DNA of 64,000 bases from an uncultured Clostridia bacterium (GTDB lineage Bacteria; Bacillota; Clostridia; TANB77; CAG-508). Below, in pieces: positions 31,232-41,772 of this stretch. How positions within the stretch are numbered: position 1 is the first letter of the stretch; every line of letters starts with the position of its first letter. The notes under the pieces were generated by a model. It was not told the DNA's origin, made no database searches, and was given only the letters and a program-made list of their open reading frames with translations. The DNA is taken from NCBI GenBank assembly GCA_944392545.1, contig CALXWW010000001.1, forward strand, positions 68,033-132,032, read 5' to 3'. The translations under genes and the position numbers were made by a program.

Positions 31232-34200
31232 TTAATTCTTCTTATCCAAAACACGTTTTTTAATTCCATATATTCCAAATCCTAATATAGCTGTTACTAA
31301 TAAGATTATAGCTGTATATGTTATTATTTTACCTGTTACTAATGATACAACTACTTCCGCTTTAGACATGTCGTCTTCTGAGTTAATATTGTTTCCTGAT
31401 GTTGAGTCTATATCTTGTAAGCCTAATTCGTTGTAACTTTCGTAAATTTCTGCGTTATTATCTAAGGTGTCTAATAAATCTTCTGTTATTCGTATACTTA
31501 CTACTAAAGTTACTTCTTTAGTTTCTCCTGGGTTTATTACTTCGTTCGCTAAACTTGCATTATATATATTACCATTTTCTGATAAATACCAGTCTGGATT
31601 TAATTCTGTGCTAAAGTTTACTTTCTGTGGTAAGTAGTCTACTATCTTAGTTACATATCCAGGTACTGAACCTTCATTTGTTACTGCTATCTTGTATTCA
31701 ATTACCGCACTACTTTGTCCAACATTTTTCTCAAGCACTTCAACTTTTGCTACTTTTGTATCTCTACCATATTCGTCAACTCTTGTTCCTATTGTAGGTG
31801 TTGTAAGAGTTATTTTGCTTATGTATTTATCTAATCTTAAGTCAAATTTATTTGCTGTATATATACCCACGTCTATATTTCTTACATTTTCTCCATTTAC
31901 TGTTAAAACGTCTGTAATACCAGCTACTCTTCTCTCTCCATTTAATGTCAAATTAACATCTATAGCGTCTGAGTTAAATCTTTCGTTTACTCCCTCTTTT
32001 TGATATTCTGTTAAACTATAGTTTGAAGAATCATATACAAATACTACAACATATTCACCATTTGGTAAGTTATCAAATTGATATGTACCATTATCTGATG
32101 TCATTGTTATCTTATCTTCGTTTGTATCTGGGTCCCTAACTATTGCACTATTATCTTTATTTAATAGTATAACTTGCATATTTGCTACTATTGGCTCTGA
32201 TGAATCTCTTTGTCCGTCTAAATTCTCATCTATCCATGCTGTTCCTGTTATTTTATATCTATTTGGTTCACTTGGATTATTTCCTCCATCATGATTTGCA
32301 TTCGGATCATATTCTATTATTGCTGTTACTTCATTAGAGACAACTTTTTCAAATCCCGTTGCTTCCAATGTTGCTACTGTTTTTATTTCTCTATCATTTT
32401 TATCTGGTAGCATATCTGCTTTTACTCTTACTTCAACTGTTGCTGAAGTTCCCGGATTCATTTCAGGAATTGTTATTGTAAATTTTCTGTCACTTGCTAT
32501 TTCCAAAGTTTTGGTTGTTTCGTTATATGTATAAGTTGCTTTTACAAAACTTAATCCTTCTGGTATTTCCATTTCCATTTTATTTTTAACTGAAGTTATT
32601 TTTCCGTTATTTGTTATTGTAAAGTTATAACTATATTCTGTTCCTTCTTTAATGTATTGTTTTTCAAGTTCTGCTTGTTCTATGCTCATTTCTACTTTTT
32701 CTGCATGAAATCTTCTAACATTTGAGTATTGCTCATTTATTCCATCTGCTTTCGCTGTCATTATTGTAGTTAAATCTCCATAGAAATCTTCTACTTCAAA
32801 TTCAACATATACATAAGTTTTAGTACGTAAATTAATATCTATAGGTTCATCTCCTGTATTCTGACCCTGATCACTGTCCATAAATGCTCTTATGCTCTTT
32901 AATTCTTCTACATTTACGGAGATATTATTTCCGTCTATAGTAACTCCATCTGTAATTTTATCTATATAAGTTTTACTGTCTGAGTAATATACGTTTCTGA
33001 TTTTTATTCCCTTTGGTAAACTTAAGTTAAGTGTTACATTTGATAAATCTTTATCATTTGACACGTTCTCTATAGTTGTATCATATCTAATAATTTTGCC
33101 TTTTTTTAACGTATCACTTTCATATGTGTCTGGGGCATTAATTATTTTTAAATCTCCTTCTAATACTGTAAATGTAAATGGTGAAGATTGTAATTCTTCT
33201 GTTACATTGTCTGCCACCAAAGACACAACGTTTTGAATATCCTTATCTCCAGGATATCTATGTTCTATAGTTGGAAGTTCTCCTTCTCCTGTGTCTATAG
33301 TTACTGTTCCTTTTTCTATTCTTAACTCATATCTCACGCTAACAGTTTGTCCAGCTGCTATATTTCCTAGTGATATTATTTTCTCTCTTTCTGCACTATC
33401 TACATATGCTCTAGTTCCTTCTTTTATTTCTGTATGCACTGTTCCCTCAGGGGCTACGACTTTTAATTTAGCATTTTCTAACGCTTTATCTCCTGTATTC
33501 TTTACTGTAGCTGTTATTTCTACCACTTGTTCTTCTCTCACTACTTCTGTTGCTGTAGAAAGTGTTATTTCTGCTTCCGGTCCTGTACCTGTTGAAAATC
33601 CTATTATAGATGATACTTTATTTTCTGGCATTAATCCTATTTCAGAATCATTTGTATAATATACTTTGTACATTGCATATGTATTATTGTTTGGTGTTAA
33701 GTTTTCAGGTATTTCTACATCATAGTTAAAGTTTATTCTAATTCCCGAACTCATTTTATAATCTTCATTAAATACTACTAAAAATGACTTCGAACTTGTC
33801 TTTGCTGTTTCTGACCAACCATTATTTGAATTTGATAATTCTCTTCCTGCATTTGCATTATCTGAATAATATACTTTATAGTTTTCTGCCTCTACTCCTG
33901 ATAATGTAATTTCTGATGCTAATGACATTGTAAATGTTGAACCCATGTCTGTATCTGTATCTATTTTTTTATTTCCTTGTGCTGGAATTCTTCCTAAAAC
34001 TGAAATTCCACTTATGTCATTTGAATAATTGTTTATTAAAGTTCCACTTATTGTAGCTGTCCTCTTTGCTGCATATGTATCTATTTCCACATTTATTGGG
34101 CTATCTGATATTGATAGTACATCTTGTTCTCCGTCTTTGTAGTTACTTATTCCACTTGCTGCGACTACTCCATTTGGTGCAACAAATGTTATATTTTCAG

Positions 34201-36277
34201 ATACTGTTCCTTTTGACTTCGTTGCTGTTTCGTTTTCGTTTGTATATTGCATTGTTATTTGGTCACTTCCGCTTGGTGTTAGTGTATCTGTTGTTAAATC
34301 TGTATTTAATACTATTATTGCACCTTTATATTCTGCATCTATTGCATACTCTGTTTGATTTCCTTGTAATTCTACTGTTATTACTTTATGCCCATTCTCT
34401 TCTGACAATTTTGAACTCTTTACTTCTAAACCATTGTCTAGTAATATGTTTGTACTTTTTAGTTTAACCTCTTTTATATATGAAGGTAGGGTTATCTTTA
34501 ATGTTGGATTTTTGAATAATGCATTATAAACACTAGAAGTGTCTAAAACAGCTCTAATTTCCACATTTTCATTTGTCAAAACTGTTGTTAGCTCTTTTTT
34601 GCTTACAGATAGTTCTACTTTTGTTTCTGGTTCTTTAAGTGATATTTGCGCTACTTCTTTAGATGTTGTTATATCACTCTTGCCTTCTACTTCTACCTTT
34701 ATACTGTCAAAGTCTTGCATTTTTTCTATAGAATAATTCATTTCGTCTTTTAAAGCTTTTATTATATTTATTTCTAGTTTTCCTTCTGTAATTGGTGCAG
34801 TTGTTGTTATTACTAATTTATTATTGTTGCTAGAACTTATGTCTAAACTATATACTCCGTTTTCTAGTTTTGTTTCTTTGTTTATTTTTCCAAGCTCTGT
34901 TTCGTTAGAATCTTTTACTATGATTTCTCCATCTTCTCCTAATATTTTGTTAAATACTGCTTGGCTAATCTCTACTCTTTTATTATATGCACAATTTTTT
35001 CCATCTATTGTTGTAGAATCTTCTTGCTCTTCTGATATAACAAATTTATCATATTCTTGCACTAATTCTATCGCTGTTGTCAATTTGCTACTATTAATTG
35101 TTGCCACATATTTTGTAGTATATTCTGTTTCGTTTTTGTCTTTTGCTTCATAGTTTGCGTATACATATCCTTTGCTAATATCTTTAGTCGCCTGAACTTC
35201 ATAATCTGCTATTGTTCCTAATGTATCTGTATATTTAACTTCTAATACTGCTGTTTTTGTTATATTTGCTTCCTCGTTATTATATACATTTAGGTTTGAT
35301 ACTGCTGTAATACTACTATCTATTCCATTTTGAACAGCATAGTCATAAACATCTTTTCCTTCAAACAAATATGTTACTAAATATTCGTCTGTAGTATTTT
35401 TCTTCCAAGAAGTACTATCTTGCAAATTTGATACATTTATTATTACTTTTCCTGTTTCTGTATCATATGAGTAGTTACTACTTGTAAATTCTACTCCATC
35501 TTTCTTTCCATTAGTTGCTTCTGTTTTTGTTGCTATTGCTGTTACTGATGTTGGCTTTGTGCTGTTTATCTCTGGTACAGTTAATTCTATTAAAGTATTT
35601 TTGATAGGTAATATACTTTCCTTTACATTAGAATTTACTTTTGCTTGTACCATTACGCCATAATTATCATTTATGTGATAAGGAATATACTTAGTAGTCT
35701 CTACTTTCAATTCTGCCTCTGCCGTTCCTCTCCAAGAAAGCTTATTTATTACTTCTTTTTCTATAGAATTGCTTTTTCCTTCTCCATCTACATAATTTCC
35801 TGTAAATTTAGTCATTGTCTCCTTTGCAAAGTAATCTAAAGAAACATTCTCCTTGTTCAATATTTCAATTGGAAGTTCTATAGTAAGATCTGAACCTTTA
35901 TTTAATTTGTTTAATATGATTTTACTATTTTCAGTATCAATACTTTGGATGTTTTCATTCTCAATGTCATCTTTTAGTTTAAAGTTTGAATTTTGAAATT
36001 GTACAGTTCCGTTTTCTAGATACCCTGCATTATTAACTTTTATATTGAGATACAGTTTTGCATCTTCCGAACCCATATCAAATGTTTGGTTATGTATTTC
36101 TCCATAAAAATATGAGTTAAATTCTACATTCTTGTTATTTGTTTTAGATGTTTGCTCATTTAACTCTTCATCACTTAGTGCATATGATATTGTGAATTCC
36201 CCAAGAACCGCCATATTAGCGCCCATTAACACTATAACCATTATTAATGCGATAATTTTTTCAAATAGTTTACTCAT
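31232..36277 (-). CDS. giant cell-surface protein with DUF11-like and SdrD-B-like domains
   Basis: ATG 36277 after GGAGG. Signal peptide, ITGTAWIDENLDGQRD, NNAEI...DIDSTSGN...EDD, SLVTG + TM + KKR tail. Confidence 0.82.
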   Translation of the reverse strand: MSKLFEKIIALIMVIVLMGANMAVLGEFTISYALSDEELNEQTSKTNNKNVEFNSYFYGEIHNQTFDMGSEDAKLYLNIKVNNAGYLENGTVQFQNSNFKLKDDIENENIQSIDTENSKIILNKLNKGSDLTIELPIEILNKENVSLDYFAKETMTKFTGNYVDGEGKSNSIEKEVINKLSWRGTAEAELKVETTKYIPYHINDNYGVMVQAKVNSNVKESILPIKNTLIELTVPEINSTKPTSVTAIATKTEATNGKKDGVEFTSSNYSYDTETGKVIINVSNLQDSTSWKKNTTDEYLVTYLFEGKDVYDYAVQNGIDSSITAVSNLNVYNNEEANITKTAVLEVKYTDTLGTIADYEVQATKDISKGYVYANYEAKDKNETEYTTKYVATINSSKLTTAIELVQEYDKFVISEEQEDSTTIDGKNCAYNKRVEISQAVFNKILGEDGEIIVKDSNETELGKINKETKLENGVYSLDISSSNNNKLVITTTAPITEGKLEINIIKALKDEMNYSIEKMQDFDSIKVEVEGKSDITTSKEVAQISLKEPETKVELSVSKKELTTVLTNENVEIRAVLDTSSVYNALFKNPTLKITLPSYIKEVKLKSTNILLDNGLEVKSSKLSEENGHKVITVELQGNQTEYAIDAEYKGAIIVLNTDLTTDTLTPSGSDQITMQYTNENETATKSKGTVSENITFVAPNGVVAASGISNYKDGEQDVLSISDSPINVEIDTYAAKRTATISGTLINNYSNDISGISVLGRIPAQGNKKIDTDTDMGSTFTMSLASEITLSGVEAENYKVYYSDNANAGRELSNSNNGWSETAKTSSKSFLVVFNEDYKMSSGIRINFNYDVEIPENLTPNNNTYAMYKVYYTNDSEIGLMPENKVSSIIGFSTGTGPEAEITLSTATEVVREEQVVEITATVKNTGDKALENAKLKVVAPEGTVHTEIKEGTRAYVDSAEREKIISLGNIAAGQTVSVRYELRIEKGTVTIDTGEGELPTIEHRYPGDKDIQNVVSLVADNVTEELQSSPFTFTVLEGDLKIINAPDTYESDTLKKGKIIRYDTTIENVSNDKDLSNVTLNLSLPKGIKIRNVYYSDSKTYIDKITDGVTIDGNNISVNVEELKSIRAFMDSDQGQNTGDEPIDINLRTKTYVYVEFEVEDFYGDLTTIMTAKADGINEQYSNVRRFHAEKVEMSIEQAELEKQYIKEGTEYSYNFTITNNGKITSVKNKMEMEIPEGLSFVKATYTYNETTKTLEIASDRKFTITIPEMNPGTSATVEVRVKADMLPDKNDREIKTVATLEATGFEKVVSNEVTAIIEYDPNANHDGGNNPSEPNRYKITGTAWIDENLDGQRDSSEPIVANMQVILLNKDNSAIVRDPDTNEDKITMTSDNGTYQFDNLPNGEYVVVFVYDSSNYSLTEYQKEGVNERFNSDAIDVNLTLNGERRVAGITDVLTVNGENVRNIDVGIYTANKFDLRLDKYISKITLTTPTIGTRVDEYGRDTKVAKVEVLEKNVGQSSAVIEYKIAVTNEGSVPGYVTKIVDYLPQKVNFSTELNPDWYLSENGNIYNASLANEVINPGETKEVTLVVSIRITEDLLDTLDNNAEIYESYNELGLQDIDSTSGNNINSEDDMSKAEVVVSLVTGKIITYTAIILLVTAILGFGIYGIKKRVLDKKN

Positions 36278-36663
36278 ATAACAACCTCCGATTATATAAC
36301 ATATAAATATATTATACGACATTCTTGCTGTTTTTTCAATACTTACCAAGCTTTTCCTTAACTTTTTATGTACATCTTATGTTTGTTTGTCTCATTTTTA
36401 CCTAAATATACTTTTTAGGCATTATAATATATTATATAATAATTATATTTTAGCATTTTTTATTAATATTTCAACTTATATACTTACTATATTTTGATTA
36501 TTGCTTAATACTCTTTTACGGAAACTTGAATAATACGAGAAATATTAAAATTATATTACATTTTCTTTACAGTTTTACAGTTTATGATTTTAGTAACTAT
36601 TTTTATTATTTTGAATATTATATTATAGTTTTTTAAACATATATTATATAGAGGTGATTAATT

Positions 36664-36813
36664 ATGAATAATAATATGAACATGGCAGAGCTTATGTCAA
36701 TGCTAGCTAAAATGGATAAAAAAGAATTAGAAAAAAACATTAATAAAGTAAGTCAAATATTAAAGAATAATGATGCTAATTCTATTATAAATGAAATTAA
36801 AAAGAATAAATAG
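36664..36813 (+). CDS. small hypothetical protein (49 aa), probably sporulation-associated
   Basis: GAGGTG RBS; MNNNMNMAELMSMLAKMDKKELEK...; SigE-like TTATATT...CATATATT upstream at 36618-36645. Confidence 0.65.
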   Translation: MNNNMNMAELMSMLAKMDKKELEKNINKVSQILKNNDANSIINEIKKNK

Positions 36814-36836
36814 TTTATGTATAGGAGGAGATTCGT

Positions 36837-37226
36837 ATGAATGATAATGATATGAGTAATATAATGAAACAACTTAATAATATGTTACAAAGCAACGAAT
36901 TTCCTGATAATATTAAAGAAGCTATTAATGGTTTTAAAAACTCATCAAGTAATAATAAAAATAACAACAATAGTCCTAAAGATGATAATCTCGACTGTAA
37001 TACTTCTTCTGAAATAGATATAAATACAATATTAAAAATGAAACAAATTATAGATTCTATGAATACAAACAAAAATGATCCTAGGTCCAATCTCCTAATG
37101 TCACTAAAGCCATATTTAAAAGAGAGCAGGCAAAAAAAAGTAGATCAGTATATTCAATTGTTTGGCTTAAGCAAAGCTTTTGAAATGTTTAATTTTTTAG
37201 GTGGTGAGAATAATAATGGTATATAA
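36837..37226 (+). CDS. clostridial hypothetical protein (probably sporulation)
   Basis: AGGAGG RBS and DPRSNLLMSLKPYLKESRQKKVD motif. Confidence 0.75.
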   Translation: MNDNDMSNIMKQLNNMLQSNEFPDNIKEAINGFKNSSSNNKNNNNSPKDDNLDCNTSSEIDINTILKMKQIIDSMNTNKNDPRSNLLMSLKPYLKESRQKKVDQYIQLFGLSKAFEMFNFLGGENNNGI

Positions 37227-37542
37227 TTATCCACATTTTCCTACAAAGTCATATAGAAATTATCCACATAATGTGAACATTAATCCGCTTTATACAAAAA
37301 GCATGCCAATTAAAATGAATAGACCTCCTAGGGAAAATAATGTTTCGCCACAGAAGAATAATAATATAAAATCTAATAAAAAGCTAAAAGATGAAAAACT
37401 TGAGGATACATATTTTGAAATTCTAGGAATAAAACTATATTATGATGATATTTTATTACTATGTCTTATTTTCTTTCTTTATAAAGAGGGAGTACAAGAT
37501 GAATATTTATTTATAGCCTTAATAATGCTTCTTTTGTCTTAA
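37216..37542 (+). CDS. clostridial hypothetical protein
   Basis: C-terminal DDILLLCLIFFLYKEG..DEYLFIALIMLLLS. ATG at 37216 follows GGTGGTG. Confidence 0.7.
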   Translation: MVYNYPHFPTKSYRNYPHNVNINPLYTKSMPIKMNRPPRENNVSPQKNNNIKSNKKLKDEKLEDTYFEILGIKLYYDDILLLCLIFFLYKEGVQDEYLFIALIMLLLS

Positions 37543-37599
37543 AAACTCCATAAGAATTAAAATGTTCTTATGGAGTTCAATTTGTTTTATATTTTTATA

Positions 37600-38217
37600 T
37601 TATTCTAAAATTAATTCATCTTTATCATTTATATATGCTGACGTTTTTATTTTTTTAATTTCACCATCTTCTTTTTCTATTTCTTTTACTATATTAGCAA
37701 TTCTTATTTGTACTGCATCTATTTCAGATGCTTCTATAACTGCATCTTTGTTCCCTTTAGCCCCTGCATGCGCAAGCCCTCTTAAAGTACCTAGTATCAC
37801 TATATTCTCACTTGCTATCACTTCTGCCCCAGCATTTACGTCACCAATTATTACTATACTCCCCTCAAATTCTAGTCTCTGACCCGATCTCAATGAACCT
37901 TTATGAAATTTAGTTTCTGAAGTAGCTACTTCTTTATAGAAGGTTTTTTTAATTCCATGTAATCCTAAAACTTTAGGACTATCAAATTCAATTTGTATAT
38001 TTAAGAACTTCTTTATAATTCCTTGTATCTCATCCATTTCTTTGTTTTTGAGCACTTTTCCAGTAATTAATATCGGTGTCTTGTCTTCTTTATATAGATT
38101 TTTTAATTCTATTATTTTTCTTTTTAGTTCTGATATAATTTCTCTTTGTTCAGCATTTTCATCTATTCTGATAGATACTTGATTTTTCTTAATACTTATA
38201 CTTATACAACTTCCCAT
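37600..38217 (-). CDS. minC: septum site-determining protein MinC
   Basis: SLRSGQRL, GDVNAGAEVIA, GTLRGLAHAG. Confidence 0.93.
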   Translation of the reverse strand: MGSCISISIKKNQVSIRIDENAEQREIISELKRKIIELKNLYKEDKTPILITGKVLKNKEMDEIQGIIKKFLNIQIEFDSPKVLGLHGIKKTFYKEVATSETKFHKGSLRSGQRLEFEGSIVIIGDVNAGAEVIASENIVILGTLRGLAHAGAKGNKDAVIEASEIDAVQIRIANIVKEIEKEDGEIKKIKTSAYINDKDELILE

Positions 38218-38236
38218 ATTTCACACTCACCTTTAT

Positions 38237-40318
38237 TTATCTTACACTCTCTATGCTAGAATTTGCATTTTTATCTTCTGTTACTTTTTCCGAATTCATA
38301 CCAAAATATTCTTCCATAACTTTTTTAGCAACTTCTGCAGTATAGCCTCCAGAGCCCGCTTTTTCTACTAGTACCACGACAGCTATTTCAGGTTCGTCAT
38401 AAGGTGCAAATCCAACAAACCAACCATGTGCCTCTCCTTCTATTCCTGTTTGTGCCGAACCTGTTTTACCAGCTATATCTATGTCAAAGTCCGAAAAAGT
38501 TGAATATGCTGTTCCTCCGGTTTCGCTTGTAACTCCTCTCATGCCTTCCCTAATAGCATCTAAATTTTCTTTAGATATGTCTAAATCTTCTGTCAATTCG
38601 TTTTCTGTTTCAATTGTATTTTTAGTATAATTTTCTATTTCTTCTCTTGATACTTCTGTCCCATCAGGGTTAATTATTGATTTTATTATACTTACATCAA
38701 CATTTTTTCCTCCGTTTGCAACCATACTTATATATCTGGCCATTTGTACTGGTGTATATTCATTAAAGCTCTGTCCTATCGACGCAGATAGCGTGTCTGA
38801 TGGGTACCATGTATTATATCCTATACTTTCTCCATATTCTCTGCTTGCTACAGTTCCTCTTTCTTCTCCTGTTAGTTCTATTCCTGTTCTCTTTCCTAAC
38901 CCATAGCGTCCTGCATACTCCGCAATAGTATCTATTCCCATCCTATAGCCCAAATCATAAAAGAAATAGTTGCAAGAATATTTTATTGCTTGTGTTAAGT
39001 TCAAATATCCATGTCCCGTTCCATAACTTCTGTAATACCAGCAAGCTTGATTATCCCCGTAAGGATATACTCCTGTATCATTTATCAAAGTGGAAGTAGT
39101 TATTTCTTCTGTATCTAAAGCTGCTGAAGCCACAACCATCTTAAATGTAGAACCTGGCGGATACGCACTACTAATTGCTCTATTTACATACTTGCCTGTT
39201 GTATCATCCCCATCATATTCTTCTGAATATTTCTCTGGGTTATAATCCGGATAACTTGCCATCGCTAGTATTTCCCCAGTATTTACATTCATCACAACTA
39301 CTGCACCAGCATCCGCATCATTTCCTTCTCCAAATTTTCCTGATGCTATATCTTTTATATTTCGTTCTAGTGCATCCTCTGCCACTTTTTGTAAGTTTGC
39401 ATCTATTGTAAGAATTATATCTGAACCAGAAACCGCTTCTTTGGAAATATATTCACTGGTTATTGCACCATCCACTGTCATGTCTACTTGTTTTATTCCG
39501 TCGGTTCCTTTTAAGTACTCCTCAAAGACTTTTTGTATTCCATCTTTTCCTATTATATCATCATTTCTATACGTATCTTTTCTTTCATTATATTCATCCT
39601 CACTTATTGCACCAACATACCCTAAGATGTGTGACGCTAAATTATCTGAGGTATATGATACTATTGGCTCTGTGATAACATTTATACCTGCAAGTTTTGC
39701 ATTTTGCTCTCTTATTTGTACGGCGGAAGTATTGCTAATATTTTTTGCTATTGTAACAGATTTTGTACTACTATACCCTTTATTTGAAATTTCATATCTT
39801 ACAGCCATAATTTTTCTTGCTACATTTATATCTTCTTCATTTATTTCATATCTTTCTTTTAATTTATAAAAAACTTGCTCTGCTGTATAATTTTCATCTA
39901 TATCATTTTCGTTTTTCCATTTTTTCTGTTTTTCTTCGCTTTCCTCAGTAAATTCAAACGGATCGACACTTATTGGTAAATTATCTATATACTCATCTTT
40001 GTTACTCTCTAATATTTTGATAAATCTATCTATTGCTGAATTTAGTTCTTCATCACTTACTTTAGTACTATAAATTTCTACGCTATATCCTGCTTCCGTT
40101 CTTACTAGCTCTACTCCTATTCTATCTTTTATCGAACCTCTAGCAGCTTTAACTACGGTTTCTCTTGTAAGTCTTGAATTGGATGTTTCTCTATACTCTT
40201 CGCCATGTATAATCTGTAAATTAAATAATTGTATTAACAATATTATTCCAACTATGTACACGATTATTGTAAGCATGTTATATCTGATTCTGTCACTTTT
40301 ATTTTTTTCTTTATTCAA
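38237..40318 (-). CDS. mrdA: penicillin-binding protein 2
   Basis: PGSTFK, SCN, KTGSAQ; downstream of mreD. Confidence 0.93.
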   Translation of the reverse strand: MNKEKNKSDRIRYNMLTIIVYIVGIILLIQLFNLQIIHGEEYRETSNSRLTRETVVKAARGSIKDRIGVELVRTEAGYSVEIYSTKVSDEELNSAIDRFIKILESNKDEYIDNLPISVDPFEFTEESEEKQKKWKNENDIDENYTAEQVFYKLKERYEINEEDINVARKIMAVRYEISNKGYSSTKSVTIAKNISNTSAVQIREQNAKLAGINVITEPIVSYTSDNLASHILGYVGAISEDEYNERKDTYRNDDIIGKDGIQKVFEEYLKGTDGIKQVDMTVDGAITSEYISKEAVSGSDIILTIDANLQKVAEDALERNIKDIASGKFGEGNDADAGAVVVMNVNTGEILAMASYPDYNPEKYSEEYDGDDTTGKYVNRAISSAYPPGSTFKMVVASAALDTEEITTSTLINDTGVYPYGDNQACWYYRSYGTGHGYLNLTQAIKYSCNYFFYDLGYRMGIDTIAEYAGRYGLGKRTGIELTGEERGTVASREYGESIGYNTWYPSDTLSASIGQSFNEYTPVQMARYISMVANGGKNVDVSIIKSIINPDGTEVSREEIENYTKNTIETENELTEDLDISKENLDAIREGMRGVTSETGGTAYSTFSDFDIDIAGKTGSAQTGIEGEAHGWFVGFAPYDEPEIAVVVLVEKAGSGGYTAEVAKKVMEEYFGMNSEKVTEDKNANSSIESVR

Positions 40319-40339
40319 TACCTCACCACCATTCTCATC

Positions 40340-40873
40340 TTAAAAATATCTAGTAAGTATGTTTTTTGTTTTAAAAACCTCTTCTAATGCATGTCCTGCT
40401 TTTTGTATCAATGGATATATAACTATTGTAATTAGCAAGTTGTATATTATCTCTATAATTAGTATTCGTACAAATTGAATTATTTCCGCATTAATGTCTA
40501 AAGCAATTATATTAAATATGTATCCTCCTATTTCATATATCGCCGTAGCTGCTGATATCATAAGCATAATTGTAATTCTGCTCTCTTTCGAAAAGTTTCT
40601 ATCTAAATATTCACCAAACAATCCTATTGTCCCAAGCATAATTCCTGATATTCCAATTTGACGTCCTATTACCACATCTATAAAAAATCCAAATATTATA
40701 CCAAATATCAACCCTAACTTTTTACCAGCAAATAATCCTATACATAGTACAAATATTACAAATAAGTTTGGTTTTATATTTGCTATTGTAAACCAAGTAA
40801 AAAAGTTCGATTGTATGAAATATATTATTAAAAAACTTACAATTATTAATACTATTGATAGGAATTTTTTCAA
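40340..40873 (-). CDS. mreD: rod shape-determining protein MreD
   Basis: Hydrophobic, IKPNL..GFFID; position after mreC. Confidence 0.9.
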   Translation of the reverse strand: MKKFLSIVLIIVSFLIIYFIQSNFFTWFTIANIKPNLFVIFVLCIGLFAGKKLGLIFGIIFGFFIDVVIGRQIGISGIMLGTIGLFGEYLDRNFSKESRITIMLMISAATAIYEIGGYIFNIIALDINAEIIQFVRILIIEIIYNLLITIVIYPLIQKAGHALEEVFKTKNILTRYF

Positions 40874-40922
40874 GTCAAATTTCTTCCTTTCTAAACTTCA
40901 CTTTTTTATTTATATTTGTTTT

Positions 40923-41750
40923 TTAATCATTTACAGTATTAGTTATTACTAATACTGTATTTAGTTTGTTAAAATCTACTGCTGTTTTTATAGTAGCATA
41001 TCTATCAGTTATATTGCTAGTGTTGACAACTTCTGTTATTGTTCCTATATGAATTCCTTTTGGATATATTCCACCTATTCCTGAAGTTTCCACTGAATCT
41101 CCCTGTAAAACAACTGCATCTGTTGGTATAAAGTTAGCCCTTAATGTTGATTTATCCTCTAAAGTTCCTTGCACAACAATTGTATCTTCTGTTGTACTTA
41201 TCTTACTTGTAACGGCACTTGCAGTATCAACTATAGTTTGAACTTTCGCAGTATTTTTTGTTACAGATATCACATGTCCTACTAATCCACTATCTGCAAT
41301 AACTGTCATTTCCTCTTTTATTCCATCAACTGAACCTACATTTATGATTATCGTACTACTATAATTACTAATATCTCTATTTATGACATCCGCTGGTACT
41401 GTAGTATAATCTGTGTATTTATCTTTTAAATTCACATATTCTTTTAACGTATCATTCTCTGCTTTTATTATTTCTAGTTCTCTTAACGACTGTTCTAATT
41501 CGCTATTTTTCTTTTTTAGTTCTTCATTTTCTGTTTTTAATGTATCCATATCTGCAAAGAAACTATCATTTCCAGATATTTTATTTTTCAAATAGGTAAA
41601 TCCATTTTGTATTGGCATAACAAACGCATTACATATATTTTGAATATATGATACCTGATTAGCGTCACTATTAGTAAATGCTACTAATAGTATAATAATT
41701 ATTATTGTTATAACAATACCTGCAATTCCTTTTTTCTTATTTTTATACAT
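40923..41750 (-). CDS. mreC: rod shape-determining protein MreC
   Basis: TM + coiled coil, GLVG, TSGIGGIYPKGIHIG. Confidence 0.95.
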   Translation of the reverse strand: MYKNKKKGIAGIVITIIIIILLVAFTNSDANQVSYIQNICNAFVMPIQNGFTYLKNKISGNDSFFADMDTLKTENEELKKKNSELEQSLRELEIIKAENDTLKEYVNLKDKYTDYTTVPADVINRDISNYSSTIIINVGSVDGIKEEMTVIADSGLVGHVISVTKNTAKVQTIVDTASAVTSKISTTEDTIVVQGTLEDKSTLRANFIPTDAVVLQGDSVETSGIGGIYPKGIHIGTITEVVNTSNITDRYATIKTAVDFNKLNTVLVITNTVND

Positions 41751-41772
41751 TTTAAGTTATCAGTCCTTTTCG

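Noticed and set aside
37227-37268. Two perfect DnaA boxes (TTATCCACA) suggesting oriC
   Set aside because: Both lie in a CDS where they encode repeated NYPH, and there is no dnaA/dnaN context.
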